Shown here piece after piece: positions 37,384-46,732 of a DNA stretch of 56,370 nucleotides. Location: positions 1-56,370 of the forward strand of contig JACQPQ010000034.1 in NCBI GenBank assembly GCA_016207405.1. Reading direction: 5' to 3'. Each line of letters starts with the position of its first letter. The stretch's first letter is position 1. The notes beneath the pieces were generated by a model. It was not told where the DNA came from and ran no database searches. It saw nothing but the letters and a program-made list of their open reading frames with translations. A program made the translations under genes and the position numbers. The DNA comes from Gammaproteobacteria bacterium. Lineage in GTDB: Bacteria; Pseudomonadota; Gammaproteobacteria; JACQPQ01.

Positions 37384-39657
37384 ATGAAACTTCGATTGAT
37401 TTTTAGTATTTTCTTTCTTTGCTGGCTCACCTTATTCCTAACGTGTAGTTATGCTGAGGACTTAAGTGAAGAAGAAACCGTTGCATATCTAGAAGATTAC
37501 ACAACAGCAGTTGAAAAAAAAGAATCCGAAAAAATATCGATCATCTATACCAAACTTGCCGAATATCCTTATCTTACCATTCAAACAATCTTTCACCTCA
37601 TGAAGCAAAATTCTCCCCCAATTAAACCGTGGAAAGTGATTGATTTTCTGCCTCCTTTGCTCAAAGAAATAAAAGACGCTAAAGAAGCAGGCAACGTTTT
37701 CTACACCCTTATGAGGTGGGAAGAGAGTGATTTTTTTTGGGATTTTTGGGAGAAAAATCCAACTTTTAGAAAAGGGAGAGATACGAGAGATAGAAATTTC
37801 CAAGGTTTCATGTGGTATGCCGAGTGGGGGCGCACATTGTCCAAAGAGGACGCTCTTTACAATACTGTGATAGATGTTTTCTATTCAGATGGGCGTATAC
37901 AAGAAATCCTCGATGGATGGGTCAAGCAATTTCCAGAAGCAATGATACCCATCATACTGGAGACATTTCCATACACAGATCTGTCCAATAATACTGGGAA
38001 TAGGCTGAGTACTTTTCTTTTGTTGAAAAATAAAACCCTTTTAATGCCACACATTGAAGGGGCTTTTGATGAAGAAAAAGATCCTATAAGACGAGCTCAA
38101 TTATTTTTTATGCTTCAGGCGGTTGAATCGCCCAAACTTTTTACAATCAATTCTGAAACAGTGTTTACCGCTGAAGTGCGAGCTAATAAGGCATTTGCGG
38201 GGCTATATGGTGGTAATAATTTTTCCATCATGCGTTACAGTTTGTGGGAACATCAGTCTTTCAATCAAGACATTGGCTACTTATATAGAGATGAAACGGA
38301 TAGAGAGGTCAACCAAAGAAACTTATTACTTGAAGTTGCCAGGAAGGCAGTAAATAACATCGTAAAACACTATATCAATATTGATCCGAAAAAATGGTCA
38401 TATGAGCAGGGTGGACCATATATAGATAACTCGCCGCTTGTAGACGATTCAACAGATACGCTGAATGACGATGAAGGTCGCCATCAAATTCTCATAGAAA
38501 TACACAAGTTTGCTCTTTTAAAAAACCTTAATATTGACGAGCATAAGCTTGAACAACTTATAAATAGTTCCAAATACACAAAACAGGATGATGAATTTAT
38601 TATGGCTAGCATTAGCTTCGGCATTCTCTTTTTGCAATCAAGTAAATCCATTTACTCTGAGAGTAGCGAGGATGTTTCAAAAATTAATCAGAAAATCATT
38701 CAAGCAGCCCAGGTAATCCAACAATATCAAGATAAAATGATACCCCCTGATGATGAAGATGTCTGGTTTGAAGGCCTTGAAGGTTTATCTTTGGCTATTC
38801 TTGCGTTTAAGTCCATATTAAAAATGGACATCCTCAGTGAACAAGATAAAAAGTCATATCAAAAAACTTACACTTTCTTTGTGGGTCTCCTTGTATCATT
38901 TATGAGCCGTATAGATGAATATGAGACGTACAATACGCGGAATACATTTTTTTTAGCTATGCGTGCGCTTACCTTGTTAACCATAGATTACAATCAGCTG
39001 ACGACTTTCTATTCGGGTGAAATTGCTTTAGATAAATGTATTGCGCTATTGCAAGGAACATTTTATCCGGAGGATCCTTTGTCAGTGGCTTATGACACTG
39101 AGCATTCATACGACAGAGGACTCTCTAATAAAAACAGTTCTGTTGCAAGAACTCCGCTCGTTCATTTGGCATTACACCTTTATTCATTACGTCATAAAAA
39201 AGGGGCTCTCCTGAAAAGCACCCAATCTAACTTAGTTCTTGCACTAGAAAATTACATACGCTTTCTAACTCTCTTGCTAAAAGTAGTTGAAGAAGATCCT
39301 ATAACACACGGTAATCGAGCCAAAGATGTAGGCGATCATTTCTTCCATGCAAGTGTTTTTTGGGTTACCTCTGCTTTACAGCTTATACAGAGTTCTCCTG
39401 AAAAGAGGCATCAAAATTTTTCGAATAAATCCGTTTCTGAATTATTAACAAAAATATTTTCCTCATTACTTACAGAAGATGGCTTGTTTAAAAGAATCGC
39501 ACCCAATAGTACCGACAAGAGAAACGACCCCTTTGCGGTCTCAGATGCTTATTCTAACTTTACAATAGGACTTGCATTAACTTCCATATTGGCGCTTTAT
39601 CAGGAAAATAGGGAAGAAAAATTAAATATGACACCCATGCTTCCTGAGAGATTTTGA
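37384..39657 (+). CDS. Large secreted hypothetical protein (757 aa, apparently helical)
   Basis: Long ORF, AGGAG SD, Sec signal peptide ending CSYA-E; no recognisable family. Confidence 0.8.
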   Translation: MKLRLIFSIFFLCWLTLFLTCSYAEDLSEEETVAYLEDYTTAVEKKESEKISIIYTKLAEYPYLTIQTIFHLMKQNSPPIKPWKVIDFLPPLLKEIKDAKEAGNVFYTLMRWEESDFFWDFWEKNPTFRKGRDTRDRNFQGFMWYAEWGRTLSKEDALYNTVIDVFYSDGRIQEILDGWVKQFPEAMIPIILETFPYTDLSNNTGNRLSTFLLLKNKTLLMPHIEGAFDEEKDPIRRAQLFFMLQAVESPKLFTINSETVFTAEVRANKAFAGLYGGNNFSIMRYSLWEHQSFNQDIGYLYRDETDREVNQRNLLLEVARKAVNNIVKHYINIDPKKWSYEQGGPYIDNSPLVDDSTDTLNDDEGRHQILIEIHKFALLKNLNIDEHKLEQLINSSKYTKQDDEFIMASISFGILFLQSSKSIYSESSEDVSKINQKIIQAAQVIQQYQDKMIPPDDEDVWFEGLEGLSLAILAFKSILKMDILSEQDKKSYQKTYTFFVGLLVSFMSRIDEYETYNTRNTFFLAMRALTLLTIDYNQLTTFYSGEIALDKCIALLQGTFYPEDPLSVAYDTEHSYDRGLSNKNSSVARTPLVHLALHLYSLRHKKGALLKSTQSNLVLALENYIRFLTLLLKVVEEDPITHGNRAKDVGDHFFHASVFWVTSALQLIQSSPEKRHQNFSNKSVSELLTKIFSSLLTEDGLFKRIAPNSTDKRNDPFAVSDAYSNFTIGLALTSILALYQENREEKLNMTPMLPERF

Positions 39658-39688
39658 GTTACAAAGAGATCTACATTGAAAAAGGACC

Positions 39689-42040
39689 ATGCCACAAGCC
39701 GTTAGGAAAAAAAAAGAGGTCTCAGGGCTTTTAGAAGCGCTCCAAAAACGCTTGCGAGAAGGTCTTTTTATTTTACTCCAAGCCTTGGCAGTCTATTTCC
39801 TACTCACCTTGGGGAGTTACGCCGAGAGTGATCCAGGATGGTCTACGAGCGCCACGGTGGAAGGAATTCAAAATATGGGAGGGCGTGTAGGCGCTTGGAT
39901 CTCCGATATTTTTTTCTATTTTTTTGGATACTTAGCTTACTTTTTCCCAGCTGCCATCGCTTATCTTGGAACCCGCGCGCTTTACGGCGGGCGTGAGGAA
40001 ACCAAAGAACCGCATCGAAGGATGGAAGCCTTCATCCGCGGGATAGGAGGACTTTTTATTCTTCTTTCGGGAACGGGGCTTTCTCATTTTTATGGCCAGG
40101 CCTTAAAGTCTCATTTGCCCATGGGCGTTGGCGGAATTATCGGACAAGTGGTTTCGGGCACATCCGGGCATATCTTCAATGCAGTGGGAAGTGTGCTGAT
40201 CTTGTTCGCCCTCCTTCTGATTGGGATTACTTTCTTAACCGGCTTATCTTGGTTTAAAACCGTCGCCTTCTTATGGCGAAAATTTTTACAGAGCATTCTC
40301 TGGCTTCATCATCAATATGCTTCACCCCCCGCTATTAAAAAAGAAGAACTCCTTGCTTCTCCTTTTCCAGCCGTAGAACGCATAGAACCCAAGATCAGCA
40401 TTCCCGTAGAAAAAAAACCTTACATTCATCCGATGCCAGTGCCAGGAAGCGAGAGAGAAGAACCTGAAGAACCTACACACGCTTCCACAACCTTAGAAAA
40501 ATCTATCACTTCTAAGCCCTTACCTTCGCTTGAACTCCTGGACTCCCCAGACAACACCCATGTTTTAGCTTCTAACGAAACTGCCCATCAAGAAATGTCT
40601 CGCCAAGTGGAACTCAAGTTACAAGATTTTGGGGTTGACGCAAAAGTGGTTGCAGTGAATCCGGGCCCAATTATCACTCGTTTTGAGCTTCAATTAGCCC
40701 CCGGCATTAAGGCGAGCAAGGTCTCCACCCTCGCAAAAGATTTGGCACGCTCTCTTTTGGTGAGAAGTGTTCGTATTGTAGAAGTCATTCCAGGGAAATC
40801 TACCATTGGTCTTGAACTTCCTAATGAACATCAAGAAGTCGTTCGCTTGAGGGAAATTTTAGAATCCGATGCTTATCGAAATGCGCGTTCTTCTCTTACA
40901 CTGGCTTTAGGCAAAGATATTGCAGGCGCTCCCGTCGTGGTTGACCTGACTAAAATGCCTCATCTGTTAATGGCCGGAACGACGGGCTCTGGCAAATCCG
41001 TATGTGTGAATGCCATTTTGTTGAGCCTTTTATATAAAGCGACTCCGGATAAGGTTCGTCTACTCCTGATTGACCCAAAAACATTAGAGTTATCGGTTTA
41101 CGAAGGGATCCCCCATCTTTTGGTACCCGTTGTGACAGACATGCGGGAAGCCTCCAATGCTTTACGTTGGTGTATTAATGAGATGGAAGAGCGGTATCGT
41201 CTGATGGCCTGTTTTGGCGTTCGAAACGTGGCCAGCTTCAACAAAAAAGTAAAGGAAGAAACTGAAAAAGGACATCCCCTGGAGCATCCCTTTCCAACTG
41301 CCGAAGAAGCATCAAAGGGTGAACGCCGGTACTGTGAACCCTTACCCTACATTGTCATCATCATTGATGAACTCGCGGATATGATGATGGTTGTAGGTAA
41401 AAAGGTTGACCATTTAATCGCGAGACTCGCCCAAAAAGCACGCGCTTCAGGTATTCATTTAATCCTGTCTACTCAAAGGCCTTCTGTTGACGTGATTACA
41501 GGGTTAATTAAAGCCAATATTCCAACGCGGATTGCGTTTCAGGTGTCTTCTCGAATAGACTCCAGAACCATTTTAGATCAGCAAGGTGCAGAGCATCTCC
41601 TCGGAAATGGAGACATGTTATATTTGCCTGCAGGTTCTGGTTTACCGGTTCGGATCCATGGGGCACTGGTAGCTGATCATGAAGTGCATAAAGTCGTTTC
41701 TGCCTGGAAGCAGCAAGGCGCACCCTGTTATCTTCAAGGCATATTAGAAGGTTCATCACAAGATTTTTCGGAAGAGGGTTCCTCTAACGAGAACTCAATG
41801 GGCTTTGAACAGGGAACGGAAGAAGGAGATGAATTATACGACCGAGCGGTTTATATTGTCACTCAAAGTCGACGCGCTTCTATTTCTCATATACAACGTC
41901 GTTTAAAAATTGGTTATAATCGAGCAGCACGTTTAATTGAAGTGATGGAAAAAGCGGGGGTCGTCAGCGAAATGGAAACCAATGGCAGCCGTACTGTTTT
42001 AGCACCCCCTCCACCGGAAACTGAAAAAGAATTTGAATAA
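39689..42040 (+). CDS. ftsK: DNA translocase FtsK
   Basis: 4TM N-domain, [24 protein letters not shown], gamma domain [13 protein letters not shown]. Confidence 0.97.
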   Translation: MPQAVRKKKEVSGLLEALQKRLREGLFILLQALAVYFLLTLGSYAESDPGWSTSATVEGIQNMGGRVGAWISDIFFYFFGYLAYFFPAAIAYLGTRALYGGREETKEPHRRMEAFIRGIGGLFILLSGTGLSHFYGQALKSHLPMGVGGIIGQVVSGTSGHIFNAVGSVLILFALLLIGITFLTGLSWFKTVAFLWRKFLQSILWLHHQYASPPAIKKEELLASPFPAVERIEPKISIPVEKKPYIHPMPVPGSEREEPEEPTHASTTLEKSITSKPLPSLELLDSPDNTHVLASNETAHQEMSRQVELKLQDFGVDAKVVAVNPGPIITRFELQLAPGIKASKVSTLAKDLARSLLVRSVRIVEVIPGKSTIGLELPNEHQEVVRLREILESDAYRNARSSLTLALGKDIAGAPVVVDLTKMPHLLMAGTTGSGKSVCVNAILLSLLYKATPDKVRLLLIDPKTLELSVYEGIPHLLVPVVTDMREASNALRWCINEMEERYRLMACFGVRNVASFNKKVKEETEKGHPLEHPFPTAEEASKGERRYCEPLPYIVIIIDELADMMMVVGKKVDHLIARLAQKARASGIHLILSTQRPSVDVITGLIKANIPTRIAFQVSSRIDSRTILDQQGAEHLLGNGDMLYLPAGSGLPVRIHGALVADHEVHKVVSAWKQQGAPCYLQGILEGSSQDFSEEGSSNENSMGFEQGTEEGDELYDRAVYIVTQSRRASISHIQRRLKIGYNRAARLIEVMEKAGVVSEMETNGSRTVLAPPPPETEKEFE

Positions 42041-42053
42041 AAGCATAAAACCC

Positions 42054-42362
42054 ATGACAGAAATAGCTCCACTGAACCCTATTAAAACGCTAACAGGAGA
42101 AAACTCTCCTAAAGAAAATTTCTCCCAAGAATCTCTTCCTTTACGGGAAAGTGTTAGCCGAGCGATGAAAAACTATTTTCATCATTTGGATGGACAAGAC
42201 ACTCAAGGTGTCTACCAAATGGTACTGTCCGAAGTAGAGGCTCCCTTATTAGAATCCGTGATGGCGTACACGGGGAAAAATCAGAGCAAGGCCGCCATTC
42301 TTCTCGGCATTAACCGCGGCACCTTACGAACGAAACTCAAGCAATACGGGCTGATTGAGTGA
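42054..42362 (+). CDS. fis: DNA-binding protein Fis
   Basis: PLRESV...[13 protein letters not shown]...[24 protein letters not shown]. Confidence 0.93.
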   Translation: MTEIAPLNPIKTLTGENSPKENFSQESLPLRESVSRAMKNYFHHLDGQDTQGVYQMVLSEVEAPLLESVMAYTGKNQSKAAILLGINRGTLRTKLKQYGLIE

Positions 42363-42396
42363 ACGATCCTCCTATCCTCTTCAAATCTCAGATCCG

Positions 42397-42429
42397 GTAG
42401 GGTGGGCACGTTTTTTGTGCCCACCCTAC
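42397..42429. repeat. Perfect GTAG-type REP hairpin between convergent genes
   Basis: GTAGGGTGGGCAC-GTTTTTT-GTGCCCACCCTAC (13-bp arms). Confidence 0.9.
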
Positions 42430-42438
42430 CTGTCTAAT

Positions 42439-42711
42439 CTAAGATTTTACTTTTGTTTTGCAGAACACGACATAATAACCGGGGAGCTGATTAAATTCTC
42501 CGTCGCTTTTATAAAAAATGCTTTGAATTTCGTACGTGTATCCTGCACTCCTGTCGTTTTTCAAATTTTGCACATAGGTAGCAACAGCAGAGATATTTTG
42601 GAAGTTTGTGCTGTATGTACACGCATAAAAAGAGCTACCAGCTAACGCACTTTGACTTAAAAAACCAAGCGACAACACTATCCCCACGCTGAGTTTTAAA
42701 ATAGTTTTCAT
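42439..42711 (-). CDS. Small secreted hypothetical protein (90 aa)
   Basis: AAGGAG SD before MKTILK; signal peptide ending SALA; two Cys in the mature part. Confidence 0.8.
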   Translation of the reverse strand: MKTILKLSVGIVLSLGFLSQSALAGSSFYACTYSTNFQNISAVATYVQNLKNDRSAGYTYEIQSIFYKSDGEFNQLPGYYVVFCKTKVKS

Positions 42712-42761
42712 ACTGTTCTCCTTATGTAGTTTTTGTTGTACAAATTGAGTCTCACATAAAA

Positions 42762-42789
42762 AGTGTAGGGGGGGGGGGACTTTTGTCAA
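42762..42789 (-). promoter_or_regulatory. sigma70 promoter with a C11 homopolymer in the -35/-10 spacer
   Basis: Minus strand TTGACA-AAAGTCCCCCCCCCCC-TACACT (16-nt spacer). Confidence 0.75.
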
Positions 42790-42824
42790 ATGCATGGATT
42801 ACTTTCCAGTAGTTCCCGCTCATT

Positions 42825-42873
42825 CGTCGCCCCGCGGCACCGACCGCGGGGTCCAGATTTATTGAGCCTGGAT
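42825..42873. repeat. Truncated palindromic element (CCCCGCGG..CCGCGGGG-TCCAG..CTGGA type)
   Basis: CGTCGCCCCGCGGCACCGACCGCGGGGTCCAG...CTGGAT. Confidence 0.6.
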
Positions 42874-42895
42874 AAAGACTATGTGATTGTTACAA

Positions 42896-42924
42896 TTGAA
42901 TGTAACTACAACTAAAGCTACAAT
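42896..42924 (+). promoter_or_regulatory. sigma70 promoter of brnTA, probably giving a leaderless mRNA
   Basis: TTGAAT, 17-nt spacer, TACAAT; ATG follows 6 nt later with no SD. Confidence 0.65.
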
Positions 42925-42930
42925 ACGATC

Positions 42931-43212
42931 ATGGAATTAACCTGGGACGAACAAAAAAATGGAAAAAACATTGCCAAACATGCTTTTGATTTTTCGGATG
43001 CAGCGATTGTTTTCCAGAGTAAATTGTTTGTTCGTCAAGACAGACGCAAAGAGTATGGTGAAGATCGCTATCAGGGAATCGGCAAAATACACAATGTTTT
43101 GGTGGTCATAGTGTTTACCATCAGAGAGCCGGAGACTATTCGCATCATTTCTTTGCGAAAAGCGAATCGCAATGAGAGGAAAATTTATGAAGAAGCACTC
43201 AAAATTCTCTAG
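42931..43212 (+). CDS. brnT: BrnT family ribonuclease toxin
   Basis: WDEQKN..NIAKH.FDF, YGEDR, IRIISLRKAN..ER..Y motifs. Confidence 0.93.
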   Translation: MELTWDEQKNGKNIAKHAFDFSDAAIVFQSKLFVRQDRRKEYGEDRYQGIGKIHNVLVVIVFTIREPETIRIISLRKANRNERKIYEEALKIL

Positions 43213-43471
43213 AACAGACTGGGCACGCATTAAAAAAATAAAGGACGATGAAATTGACTATTCGGATAATCCAGAATTGGATGAGGCCTTTCTCAAGGAG
43301 GCAGTACTTTGGCATGGCACAAAGAAGCAAATCACACTTCGGATTGATCCAGATGTGCTAGATTTTTTTCGGCATACAGGGAGAGGATACCAAACTGTTA
43401 TAAATCTGGTATTACGTAAATATATGGAGATTAGCCAGCACCATAAACCGGCACATTCTGTCGAAAGATAG
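43187..43471 (+). CDS. brnA: BrnA family antitoxin
   Basis: TDW...IDYSDNPEL; KQITLRIDPDVLDFFR..GRGYQT.IN.VLR RHH domain. Confidence 0.92.
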   Translation: MKKHSKFSRTDWARIKKIKDDEIDYSDNPELDEAFLKEAVLWHGTKKQITLRIDPDVLDFFRHTGRGYQTVINLVLRKYMEISQHHKPAHSVER

Positions 43472-43511
43472 GATGGACAAAGCGAGCGGGAGCGAGCGGT
43501 CCACCAATTCC
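43468..43511 (+). repeat. REP-like family A copy 3 (supplies the brnA stop codon)
   Basis: ATAGGATGGACAAAGCGAGCGGGAGCGAGCGGTCCACCAATTCC. Confidence 0.88.
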
Positions 43512-43614
43512 CCCTCTGTACCAATGTAAGTGAAACACTTTTTGTGGTTTTAATTAGATTAATCCGAGGAGGTAAAATAGTGGTTAAGTTGAAGGCGAAA
43601 ATCTAACAGCTGTT

Positions 43615-43875
43615 TTATTTCAGTGGTTTAATTTTACCAATTGATTTGCCTTTTACAGCTTGTGCCCAAAATTCTAAGAGCTCCCTTTGGTGTAAAGTAG
43701 CCCATTCAATGACTAAACCTAATGCCCGCGGAGGGAATTTTCCACCTATAATTGAAAGGTTTTTGATGCTAATAATAGCTGAGTCGTCACCATAATAAGC
43801 GTGGAAATGTGGAGGTAAATGATCCTCAAAATACATTCGGATGATTATTCCAAAAAAACGGCTAATTTCAGGCAT
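43615..43875 (-). CDS. DUF4160 family protein (putative TA toxin)
   Basis: MPEISRFFGIIIRMYFEDHLPPHFHA...EWATLHQREL pattern. Confidence 0.9.
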   Translation of the reverse strand: MPEISRFFGIIIRMYFEDHLPPHFHAYYGDDSAIISIKNLSIIGGKFPPRALGLVIEWATLHQRELLEFWAQAVKGKSIGKIKPLK

Positions 43876-43877
43876 GT

Positions 43878-44150
43878 TTATTCGAAGGCGTCCGGGAAAA
43901 GTTCTTCCGGTTTTTTGCCAGTTACTTTTAAGTAAAGACTATCTGGGCACAAGTCAATTGTTTTACCCCACATGACTTCGCCAAAAGACCCTACTTCCGC
44001 TTCTTGAAAAGCCGTTGGATCTTTCCATAAAGCAAACACACCTTTCCCTACCCGATCAGATAGGTCAATGGTGCCTTCTACGCCATCATCGAAGTGTAGC
44101 CAGAGTTTGTACTCTGGTAAGGCTTTGATTTCAGTTACTTTATGCATCAT
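43878..44150 (-). CDS. DUF2442 family protein (putative TA antitoxin)
   Basis: YKLWLHFDDG..G.IDL...W...DLCPDSLY pattern. Confidence 0.88.
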   Translation of the reverse strand: MMHKVTEIKALPEYKLWLHFDDGVEGTIDLSDRVGKGVFALWKDPTAFQEAEVGSFGEVMWGKTIDLCPDSLYLKVTGKKPEELFPDAFE

Positions 44151-44342
44151 TATAATTTTGTCACATTAGAACTGGCGTGGGCCTGCCAAAATCTGCATAA
44201 AACGGCGTGGCTCTTGAAGGCGAGCCTAGAGTGTATTGGCTATAATTCTTTTGTACATCAGAGGGTTAACAAATTACTCAGTTTATTGAGTGATTTTAGC
44301 TTAAATCTAGCGCAATTCAAGCGTGATAAATTCAGAAACCTA

Positions 44343-44371
44343 TTGCAAGTAAAGATTCAGCTGACTAAAAT
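44343..44371 (+). promoter_or_regulatory. sigma70 promoter for tRNA-Gly (and possibly lolA)
   Basis: TTGCAA, 17-nt spacer, TAAAAT. Confidence 0.65.
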
Positions 44372-44385
44372 CTTTAATCGGTTAT

Positions 44386-44459
44386 GCGGGTGTAGTTCAA
44401 TGGTAGAACGGAAGCTTCCCAAGCTTCTAGCGTGGGTCCGATTCCCATCACCCGCTCCA
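44386..44459 (+). tRNA. tRNA-Gly (CCC)
   Basis: GCGGGTG/CACCCGC acceptor stem, anticodon arm GAAGC-TTCCCAA-GCTTC, encoded CCA end. Confidence 0.95.
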
Positions 44460-44476
44460 AAAAATTGTAGAGACAA

Positions 44477-45109
44477 ATGCATCATATCCATCCGCGCTTT
44501 TTTTTCTTGCTTTTAAGTGCTTGTGCTTTCCCTGTGACAGCAGGAGATGAGGCCAGCCAAAGGCTGCAGACACTCTTAACAGGAATAGCATCCTATCATT
44601 CGCCTTTTTCACAAACGCTTTATAACGAGAAAGGAGAAATTCTTCAGAGCACAAAGGGAACTTTCTATTTAAAAAAACCAGCCCAATTCCGCTGGGAAAC
44701 TTTTTCTCCATTCAAACAAATTTTGATATCAAACGGCAAAACGTTTTGGAACTACGAAGTTGAATTGGAGCAAGTGACGATAGAACCCACCGAACGGATC
44801 CTGCAAGAAACCCCCATAGCTGTTTTAAGTTATGGAGGGCATATAGAAGACTATTTTGATATCAAACCATCCGCCGCTCATGCAGAGTGGTTTCAACTCT
44901 TTCCAAAGCAGAAAAAAAGCAAGGAACTGTTTGACCATATTGAACTTCAGTTTATCAACAAGGGGATCAGAGAAATGAAAATTATCGATAAGCTGGGACA
45001 AAACTCCCATATTATTTTTTATGATCCCAAAATGAACCTTCCTCTCTTAGATACTACCTTCCGATTAGAAATTCCCAAAGGGGTGGATGTCGTTACTAAC
45101 CCTCATTAG
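44477..45109 (+). CDS. lolA: Outer membrane lipoprotein chaperone LolA
   Basis: FSQ, KKPAQFRW, SNGKTFWNY..LEQVT, IPKGVDV motifs. Confidence 0.92.
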   Translation: MHHIHPRFFFLLLSACAFPVTAGDEASQRLQTLLTGIASYHSPFSQTLYNEKGEILQSTKGTFYLKKPAQFRWETFSPFKQILISNGKTFWNYEVELEQVTIEPTERILQETPIAVLSYGGHIEDYFDIKPSAAHAEWFQLFPKQKKSKELFDHIELQFINKGIREMKIIDKLGQNSHIIFYDPKMNLPLLDTTFRLEIPKGVDVVTNPH

Positions 45110-46099
45110 TCGTTTAAAGGGAAGTGCCGGATCTTCTCGCACCAGCTTTGGGACACAATATCCGGGTAACCGACAACAGAGCTCTCGATAGAGAGCCATC
45201 GCTTTCTCCTCGGCAACCTCGAAGTGTGCAGCACCTTGCACTCTATCCAATAGATGTAGGTAATAAGGGTTAACCCCCCACTCAAATAATTTTTGACAGA
45301 GACGAGTCAACACCTCGCTTGTATCATTGACCCCCTTTAGCAAAACCGACTGGTTGAATAAAACCACCCCCGCACGATGCAATCTTAAAAAAGCTTGCTT
45401 CTCTGCCCTATCCAACTCTTTGGGATGATTGACATGGAACACCATGACGACTTTCAAACGACATCGCTCTATACTCTGAAGGCATTCAGTCGTTATCCGA
45501 GAAGGGATCACAACGGGTAACCGCGTATGAATTCTCAGGCGCTTAAGATGAGGAATACGGGCAATATCTTCTATCTTTTGGTTAAGTTTCTCATCGCTTA
45601 ACACGAGCGGATCTCCCCCGCTTAAAATAACTTCGTCCACATCTTTATGACGGGTAAGATAGGAAAGTACTCCCTTCCACTCTCCCCCTCCTAAGGCATG
45701 TTCAGCATAAGGAAAGTGTCTCCGAAAACAATATCGACAATGAATCGCACATGCCCCCGTCATAATGACCAAAACACGGCCTTTGTACTTATGTAATAGG
45801 CCAGGAAAAGAAGAAGCGGTCTTCTCTAATAAAGGATCGGATATAAATCCCGGCACCTCTTTAAGTTCTTCGCCTAAGGGCAGTATTTGCCGGAGCAAGG
45901 GATCGTAAGGATCTCCTTTTTTTATCTTAGCGATGTACCCTCTTGGAACACGAAGTGGAAAAAGGCGGGCAGCTTTTTTTGCAGGCTCTAGCCATTCTTT
46001 CCCTAATTGAAGTTCCTCCAGCAATGTTTTGGGATCGGTCACCGCTTCACTCAATATTTGTCGCCATAAGGGTAATGCGCTTTTCATAATCATGTACAT
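45065..46099 (-). CDS. epmB: EF-P beta-lysylation lysine 2,3-aminomutase
   Basis: CAIHCRYCFRR, LSGGDPL, NQSVLL motifs; divergent from efp. Confidence 0.95.
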   Translation of the reverse strand: MYMIMKSALPLWRQILSEAVTDPKTLLEELQLGKEWLEPAKKAARLFPLRVPRGYIAKIKKGDPYDPLLRQILPLGEELKEVPGFISDPLLEKTASSFPGLLHKYKGRVLVIMTGACAIHCRYCFRRHFPYAEHALGGGEWKGVLSYLTRHKDVDEVILSGGDPLVLSDEKLNQKIEDIARIPHLKRLRIHTRLPVVIPSRITTECLQSIERCRLKVVMVFHVNHPKELDRAEKQAFLRLHRAGVVLFNQSVLLKGVNDTSEVLTRLCQKLFEWGVNPYYLHLLDRVQGAAHFEVAEEKAMALYRELCCRLPGYCVPKLVREDPALPFKRLMRVSNDIHPFGNF

Positions 46100-46148
46100 A
46101 TCTATTCTATAGAGTAGAATGTGGAACCTTACAGTATGGAATACGATT

Positions 46149-46721
46149 ATGACAACCTACACTAGCAATGAACTTAAAGCGGGCCTTAAAATCATTTTAG
46201 AAAACGAGCCTTTTAACATCGTAGAAAATGAGTTTGTTAAGCCAGGGAAAGGACAAGCCTTTAATCGCGTTAAGTTACGTAACCTACTAAATGGTCGAGT
46301 CATAGACCGCACCTTCAAAGCGAGCGAGAGCGTCGAAGCTGCGGATGTAATTGAATTTGAAATGCAATATCTTTACAACGATGGCGTTCATTGGCACTTC
46401 ATGCACCCAGAGACTTATGAACAATATGCCGTTAATGCACCTATTATGGAAAATGCAGCAAAATGGCTGACTCCCCAAGCGATGTGCCTGGTAACCATCT
46501 GGAATAATACCGCCATTACTGTATTACCCCCTAAACAAGTGGTGCTTCAGGTTGCGCAAACGGAGCCTGGGATCCGCGGCGACACCGCAACAGGAGGGTC
46601 CAAGCCCGCCACCCTCTCTACAGGCGCTGTGGTTCGCGTTCCTCTTTTTATCAATGAGGGTGACTTTATTAAAGTCGATACCCGGGAAGAGACCTACACC
46701 GCACGCGCAAAAGGACCTTAA
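46149..46721 (+). CDS. efp: Elongation factor P
   Basis: KPGKGQAF loop, [13 protein letters not shown] motifs. Confidence 0.97.
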   Translation: MTTYTSNELKAGLKIILENEPFNIVENEFVKPGKGQAFNRVKLRNLLNGRVIDRTFKASESVEAADVIEFEMQYLYNDGVHWHFMHPETYEQYAVNAPIMENAAKWLTPQAMCLVTIWNNTAITVLPPKQVVLQVAQTEPGIRGDTATGGSKPATLSTGAVVRVPLFINEGDFIKVDTREETYTARAKGP

Positions 46722-46732
46722 CTTTCAAGCAA

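Noticed and set aside
42355-42645. 96-aa plus-strand ORF after fis
   Set aside because: Reads through a REP hairpin and is antisense to a better-supported secreted protein gene.
44142-44516. 124-aa ORF
   Set aside because: Overlaps the tRNA-Gly gene and its promoter; no protein features.
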